Below, piece after piece: positions 59,155-64,000 of a stretch of DNA of 64,000 nucleotides. This DNA is from Paracoccaceae bacterium (lineage in GTDB: Bacteria; Pseudomonadota; Alphaproteobacteria; Rhodobacterales; Rhodobacteraceae). Position 1 is the first letter of the stretch, and every line of letters begins with the position of its first letter. The stretch spans positions 274,772 to 338,771 of the forward strand of contig OZ245921.1 in the NCBI GenBank assembly GCA_965229695.1, read 5' to 3'. A model generated the notes under the pieces. That model was not told the origin of the DNA. It did no database searches and saw nothing but the letters and a program-made list of their open reading frames with translations. A program made the translations under genes and the position numbers.

Positions 59155-60240
59155 TTAGAACACAATCACATTGCGGCGCGCCTGACCGGTTTTTGTGTCG
59201 GCGATGGCGGCGTTGATGTCCTCGAAGGCCCAGGTTTTTGAGATCAGCTCATCCAATTTCAGGCGGCCCTGGTCATAGAGGTCGAGCATCCATGGGATAT
59301 CGCGGCCAAGCACAACATCCCCCATTTTGGTGCCTTTGATCCCTTGGCCCAGGGCGGCCAGGATGACCGGCTCATAAGGCGTGGTTTGCCCGGTATGGGG
59401 CATGCCCACGGCATAAGCGGTGCCCAGCGGGGCCAGCAGGCGCAGCGCGGTTTCATAAGCCGGGATCGCACCGACCGAGACAAAGACGTGATCAGCGCCT
59501 TTGCCTTGGGTCAGCGCCTTGACCGCTTTCCAAGGTTTCGGGTCGCTGGCCAGGATCGCATCGGTGGCGCCAAAAGCGCGCGCATCGTCAAGCTTGGAGG
59601 GTTCAAGATCCATCGCGATGATGCGGGCGGCACCGGCCAGATGCGCGCCTTGGATCACGTTTAGGCCAACACCGCCTGCGCCGATCACCACAACCGATTG
59701 ACCGGGGCGGACCTTGGCGGTGTTCACCACCGCGCCAACGCCGGTGGGCACCCCGCAGGCCAAAAGGCAGGCGACCTCGGGCCGGATGGTGTCGCTGAGC
59801 GGGGCCAATTGGCTGGGATCGACCACCACCTTTTCGGCAAAGGCCCCGCATTCCATCGCCTTATGCACAGCATCGCCCGCGCCATCGGCCATCACCGGTG
59901 GGCGTTGTTCATTGCCCGAGCAATAGGGGGGCAGGTTTTCCAGGCAGGTTGGGCAGGTGCCGCAAGACCGGATCAGGGTGACCAGAACACGCTGCCCGAC
60001 CTCATAACCCGCAACGCCCGCGCCAAGCGTCGTGATCGTGCCGACAGCCTCATGCCCATAGACGGCGGGCAAAGCGCCGCCCCAGCCCCCCTCCATGAAG
60101 GAGATATCGGAATGGCAAATCGCCACGGCCTCAACCCGGATCTCGACCTCTCCCGGGCCGGGATCGCGCAGTTCAACGGTTTCAATCTCAAGCGGCGCGC
60201 CAAATTCCCGGCACAGCGCGGCACGGATGGTGGATGGCAT
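59155..60240 (-). CDS. Zinc-dependent alcohol dehydrogenase family oxidoreductase
   Basis: MPSTIRAALCREFGAPLEIETV start, GHE, structural-zinc Cys cluster CGTCPTC and Rossmann GAGGVG. Confidence 0.9.
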   Translation of the reverse strand: MPSTIRAALCREFGAPLEIETVELRDPGPGEVEIRVEAVAICHSDISFMEGGWGGALPAVYGHEAVGTITTLGAGVAGYEVGQRVLVTLIRSCGTCPTCLENLPPYCSGNEQRPPVMADGAGDAVHKAMECGAFAEKVVVDPSQLAPLSDTIRPEVACLLACGVPTGVGAVVNTAKVRPGQSVVVIGAGGVGLNVIQGAHLAGAARIIAMDLEPSKLDDARAFGATDAILASDPKPWKAVKALTQGKGADHVFVSVGAIPAYETALRLLAPLGTAYAVGMPHTGQTTPYEPVILAALGQGIKGTKMGDVVLGRDIPWMLDLYDQGRLKLDELISKTWAFEDINAAIADTKTGQARRNVIVF

Positions 60241-60384
60241 ATGTGTCCCCCGTCGGTTTTCGACCACTCTGCGCCATTGACCCCCAGCCTGAAAAGCCGC
60301 GACCGTCATAAAGCAGGCGCAAAGCGACCTTGCCGCAGGGAAATCCGACAATTAGGACCGACATGAAAGGCGAGAGAGGCGGAC

Positions 60385-61185
60385 ATGGACATACTCGATC
60401 TGGATGATGTGGTGCTGCATGTCGAGGCAACGGGCCCGGCAGAGGGCGCGCCGGTGGTGTTTGCCAACTCGCTTGGCACCGATTTCCGGCTTTGGGATCA
60501 AGTGATCGCGCAATTGCCGCCGGGGCTGCGCCTGATCCGCTATGATAAGCGCGGGCATGGCCTGTCCTCCTGCCCGCATGCGCCTTACAGCATGGGCACC
60601 TTGGTGCGCGATGCCGAACGGGTGTGTGAGGCGTTCGAGGTGAAGGATTGTGTCTTTGTTGGCCTGTCGATCGGGGGCATGATCGCGCAAGGTTTGGCGG
60701 CCAAACGGCTCGACCTGATCCGGGCGGTGGTTCTTTCGAACACAGCGCCTAAAATCGGCACCCGCGCAATGTGGGAAGATCGCATCGCGGCCCTGCGCGC
60801 AGGCGGAATGACCGCGCTTTCCGATGCTGTGATGGAACGCTGGTTCTCACCCGGTTTCCGCCAAACCGCCGCCGCTGCGCCCTGGCAGCGCATGGTCGAA
60901 ACCACGCCCGAAGATGGTTATGCGGGCTGTTCGGCGGCCATCGCAGGCACCGATTTCTACAGCACCACAGCCGCCCTGCGCCTGCCCGCCTTGGTCATTG
61001 CGGGCGATCATGACGGCAGCACGCCGCCCGATCTTGTGCAAGAATTGGCCGATCTAATCCCCGGCGCGCGCTATGAGCTGATCCGCGGCGCCGGGCATTT
61101 GCCCTGCGTCGAACAACCCGACCGTTTTGCCGCGCTTCTGACCGAGTTCCTGCGTGATATCGGGCATTTGGAGGCCAGCGCATGA
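60385..61185 (+). CDS. pcaD: 3-oxoadipate enol-lactonase (alpha/beta hydrolase)
   Basis: 266 aa. Nucleophile elbow GLSIGG. Overlaps pcaB by 4 nt. Confidence 0.75.
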   Translation: MDILDLDDVVLHVEATGPAEGAPVVFANSLGTDFRLWDQVIAQLPPGLRLIRYDKRGHGLSSCPHAPYSMGTLVRDAERVCEAFEVKDCVFVGLSIGGMIAQGLAAKRLDLIRAVVLSNTAPKIGTRAMWEDRIAALRAGGMTALSDAVMERWFSPGFRQTAAAAPWQRMVETTPEDGYAGCSAAIAGTDFYSTTAALRLPALVIAGDHDGSTPPDLVQELADLIPGARYELIRGAGHLPCVEQPDRFAALLTEFLRDIGHLEASA

Positions 61186-62525
61186 GCCTCAGCCCCTTTG
61201 ACAGTGCGCTTTATCGCGGGCTTTTTGGCGATGCAGAAATCGCCGCGCTTTTCACCGACCAGGCCGAAGTTCGGGCGATGATGCTGGTTTTGGGCGCACT
61301 CGCCAAGGTACAGAGCGCGGCGGGGGTGATCCCCGAGACCTCGGGCCAGTTCCTGCATCGTGCCGCGATGGAGGTGCAGATCGACCCCAGCGGCTTGGCC
61401 ACAGCCACGGGCGACAATGGCGTGACCGTGCCGGGCCTTGTGGCGGCGATGCGCAAGGCCTTGGAAGCCCCGGAACACGCACAATACCTGCATTGGGGCG
61501 CGACCAGCCAAGATATCCAAGACACCGGCTTGATGCTGCGCCTGCGCCGCGCGCTTGAGGTGATGGAGGCACGCTTGGCACGCAGCCTCAGCACCCTGGC
61601 CGATCTGGCCGAGGCCCAGGCCGAGACACCGCAAGCCGCCCGCACCTATGGCCAGATCGCCGTGCCCTCCAGCTTTGGGGCTTTGGTCGCGGCCTGGGGC
61701 GCGCCGCTTTTGCGGGCTCATCGGGGTTTGGGGGCGTTGCGGGAAACCGGCCTGGCGGTCTCACTCTCGGGCGCGGCGGGCACCGGTACCGTGCTTGGCC
61801 CCGATCCCGCTGCCATTCGCGCCGGTCTGGCCAAGGCGCTTTCCCTGCCCGATCCAGGCGCAAGCTGGCATGCCGAACGCAGCCGGATACGCGATATCGC
61901 CCATTGGTTGGCCGAGATTGCCGCCGCCAGCGGCAAAATCGGCGAAGACATCCTGCGCCTGAGCCGCTCTGAAATCGCCGAGTTGCGCTTTGGCGGCGGT
62001 GCCTCCTCGACCATGCCGCAGAAACAAAACCCGGTCGCGGCCTCTACCCTTATCGCCCTGTCGCGCTATGCCCATGCCCAAGCCAGCCTGATCACCAGCG
62101 CCCATCATGGCGAGGCGCGCGATGGCGCGGCCTGGTTCGGCGAATGGTTGGCCCTGCCACAGCTCGTGGCCGCCAGCGCCAAATCCCTGGCAATCCTGGA
62201 TGAAGGCCTGCCGGGCCTTGAGGTCGACACCAAAGCGATGGCCGCCCGCCTGGACAACCAACTTGGCCTGATCCATGCCGAAGCGCTCAGCTTTGCACTG
62301 GCCCAGCACCTGCCCCGTGATGCGGCCCAAGCCAAGGTCAAGGCCCTGACACACAAAGCAAAATCCGAGAGGACACCGCTGCCTGATCTGCTGCAAGCGG
62401 CCTATCCTGACCTACGCTTGCCCAATCTCAGTCCAGCCGCCCAGCTTGGCCAAGCCCCGTTCGAGGCGCGCACTTTCGCCACCGAAGCCCGCGCCTATCT
62501 CAGCACGCTGTCTGATCGGCCTTAG
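61182..62525 (+). CDS. pcaB: 3-carboxy-cis,cis-muconate cycloisomerase
   Basis: 447 aa. Fumarate-lyase superfamily signature GASSTMPQKQNP. Confidence 0.8.
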   Translation: MSLSPFDSALYRGLFGDAEIAALFTDQAEVRAMMLVLGALAKVQSAAGVIPETSGQFLHRAAMEVQIDPSGLATATGDNGVTVPGLVAAMRKALEAPEHAQYLHWGATSQDIQDTGLMLRLRRALEVMEARLARSLSTLADLAEAQAETPQAARTYGQIAVPSSFGALVAAWGAPLLRAHRGLGALRETGLAVSLSGAAGTGTVLGPDPAAIRAGLAKALSLPDPGASWHAERSRIRDIAHWLAEIAAASGKIGEDILRLSRSEIAELRFGGGASSTMPQKQNPVAASTLIALSRYAHAQASLITSAHHGEARDGAAWFGEWLALPQLVAASAKSLAILDEGLPGLEVDTKAMAARLDNQLGLIHAEALSFALAQHLPRDAAQAKVKALTHKAKSERTPLPDLLQAAYPDLRLPNLSPAAQLGQAPFEARTFATEARAYLSTLSDRP

Positions 62526-63499
62526 GCCGCCTCCGCCAGAATCTCCGCGTAAAGCGCCGGGTCGGCATTGCCGCCCGACAGCGTGCAAATCACCGGCCCG
62601 GGGGCCAAAGCCTCCCCATGGAACAGCGCTGCCGCCAGGGCCACCGCCCCGCCCGGCTCCACCACCACTTTCAGCCGCAAAGCCGCCAGGCGCATCGCCG
62701 CGCGGATCTGATCATTGCTGACCACAATCCCCGACCCGCACAGGCGCTTTAGGATTGGAAAGGTGATCTCCCCTGGCATTGGCGTCAGGATCGCATCAGC
62801 CAGACCCACCTCGCGGCTGCCATGGCCCACTCGCGCGCCTTGCGCCAGGGATTTTGCCGTATCATCAAAACCTTCGGGCTCGACAGGCCGCACCACCATG
62901 CCCGGTGCGTTCGCCTCCAAGGCCAGCGCGATCCCCGCCGTCAGCCCACCACCGCCGCAACAGGTCAGAACCGTCGCCTCGGACAAACCGGCCTCCGCCG
63001 CTTGTTCCCCAATCTCCAAGCCGCAGGTGCCCTGCCCCGCGATCACCAAAGGCTCATCATAAGGCCGGATCAGGGTCAGCCCCTTCTCATCGCGCAACCG
63101 CTCGCCAATCTCTTCGCGTTTTTCACCGCCCGCACGGTCATAAAGCACCACCTCGGCCCCCAAGGCGCGGGTGTTGTCGATTTTCAGCTGTGGCGCGTCT
63201 TTTGGCATGATGATCGTGGCAGGCACCCCGTGCAAAGCCGCCGCGCGGGCCACCCCTTGCGCGTGATTGCCCGAGGAAAAGGCCAAAACCCCGCGTTTCC
63301 GCGTTTCCGCATCCAAACCGCTGAGCGCGGACCACCCCCCGCGAAACTTGAAACTGCCGGTGTGCTGCAAGGCTTCGGCCTTGGCGAACACCGGCCGCCC
63401 CGCGATCTCATCTAAGAAGGGGGAGGATAAAAGCGGTGTCCGTCGCACAACACCTTGTGCCCGCGCGGCCGCGGCCTCGATCATTGACAAATCGCTCAT
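62522..63499 (-). CDS. PLP-dependent threonine/serine dehydratase
   Basis: 325 aa. HTGSFKFRG PLP-lysine block, GNHAQG and GGGGL glycine loop. Confidence 0.85.
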   Translation of the reverse strand: MSDLSMIEAAAARAQGVVRRTPLLSSPFLDEIAGRPVFAKAEALQHTGSFKFRGGWSALSGLDAETRKRGVLAFSSGNHAQGVARAAALHGVPATIIMPKDAPQLKIDNTRALGAEVVLYDRAGGEKREEIGERLRDEKGLTLIRPYDEPLVIAGQGTCGLEIGEQAAEAGLSEATVLTCCGGGGLTAGIALALEANAPGMVVRPVEPEGFDDTAKSLAQGARVGHGSREVGLADAILTPMPGEITFPILKRLCGSGIVVSNDQIRAAMRLAALRLKVVVEPGGAVALAAALFHGEALAPGPVICTLSGGNADPALYAEILAEAA

Positions 63500-64000
63500 G
63501 CACCCGCCTCCAAAGCCACCAAAATCGCGGCAATTACATCCACCGCCTGCGGCTCGTCCAAGAACGGCACATGGCCGCGATCTGCCAACTCAGCAAAGAC
63601 CATATCGGGTCGCCGCCGCCGCATCTCCGCCGCCGTCTCCGCACTCAAAATGTTCGAACCCGCGCCCCGGATCAGCCCCAAGGGCAGGCCTTCAAACGCG
63701 TCGAACCAGGGCCAGATATCCGGCGCCTCGGCATCTTCGGCAAAGGCAGGCGCCACCGCCTCGCGCAAACGCGGATCATATCGCAGATGCAGCCGCCCAC
63801 CCTCTTCGCGGTAAAGCCGCCGGGCAAAATCGGCCCAGGTCTGGGCAGGCACATCGCGGAAAGCAGGCGTGTATCGCTTCGGGAAATCCGCCGCCGCCTC
63901 GGCCAGGCTGGCATAGGCGGGCGGTTTGCCGATGTAATCCATGATATTGGCCAGGCCTTCGGCCATGATCTCGGGCCCCACATCATTCAGGATCACACCC
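63496..64000 (-). CDS. Alpha/beta hydrolase, C-terminal part (gene continues beyond the window)
   Basis: ORF is open at the window edge. Ends with a DRGHVPFLDEP catalytic-His block. ATGA overlap with the dehydratase gene. Confidence 0.6.
   Translation of the reverse strand, partial: GVILNDVGPEIMAEGLANIMDYIGKPPAYASLAEAAADFPKRYTPAFRDVPAQTWADFARRLYREEGGRLHLRYDPRLREAVAPAFAEDAEAPDIWPWFDAFEGLPLGLIRGAGSNILSAETAAEMRRRRPDMVFAELADRGHVPFLDEPQAVDVIAAILVALEAGA

Noticed and set aside
1-64000. Looked for CRISPR arrays, IS/transposase, integrase/recombinase, toxin-antitoxin pairs, restriction-modification and other defence-type genes
   Set aside because: None of the ORF translations shows the corresponding motifs, and no spaced direct-repeat array is visible. 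The only mobile-element-related content is the degenerate GTA tail module.

Overview
High-GC alphaproteobacterial chromosome segment, Rhodobacteraceae-like. Supporting evidence is RcGTA-type genes, a GAAC-N7-GAAC SOS box and ppiD-trpE-trpGD-trpC-moaC-moeA-lexA synteny. (1) 1-14044, all + strand: a Wzx/Wzy-type surface-polysaccharide locus. It holds RmlC, a DegT aminotransferase, an N-acetyltransferase, four glycosyltransferases, an OafA-like O-acetyltransferase, a flippase, an ATP-grasp ligase, a deacetylase and an AT-rich EpsG/Wzy-like polymerase. (2) 14064-21050, minus strand: only the distal tail module of a gene-transfer-agent cluster (g13, g14, g15 and a DUF2793/C1q-like fibre gene). g15 is broken at a C7 homopolymer. 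The fibre gene is broken by a perfect 20-bp tandem duplication. g1-g12 are absent and the module ends about 220 bp from tRNA-Ser(GGA). (3) 21.5-64 kb: mostly housekeeping. It holds a tandem DUF2852 pair, RDD, bpt, a TRAP transporter with oversized membrane subunits, ilvB/ilvN, an ECF sigma factor, a Rieske oxygenase, ssb, trp/moa/lexA genes, nth, an ada/ogt-like gene, an OmpA-like lipoprotein, a GntR-regulated sugar-acid module and pcaDB. Unusual points here: ilvB and ilvN are separated by a 3.7-kb three-gene module (TPR/ATP-grasp, GT87-like, GT10-like) sitting behind a classical Leu/Ile/Val leader-peptide attenuator. trpD and trpC are separated by a lower-GC GT-A-like gene. A bipartite intergenic repeat family occurs four times. 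I found no CRISPR array, IS element, integrase, toxin-antitoxin pair or recognisable defence gene. No self-evident novel system can be claimed. The best candidates for follow-up are the decaying GTA tail module with its junctions and the glycan/ATP-grasp module embedded in the ilv operon. Many long ORFs in the track are GC-driven antisense shadows and were not called.
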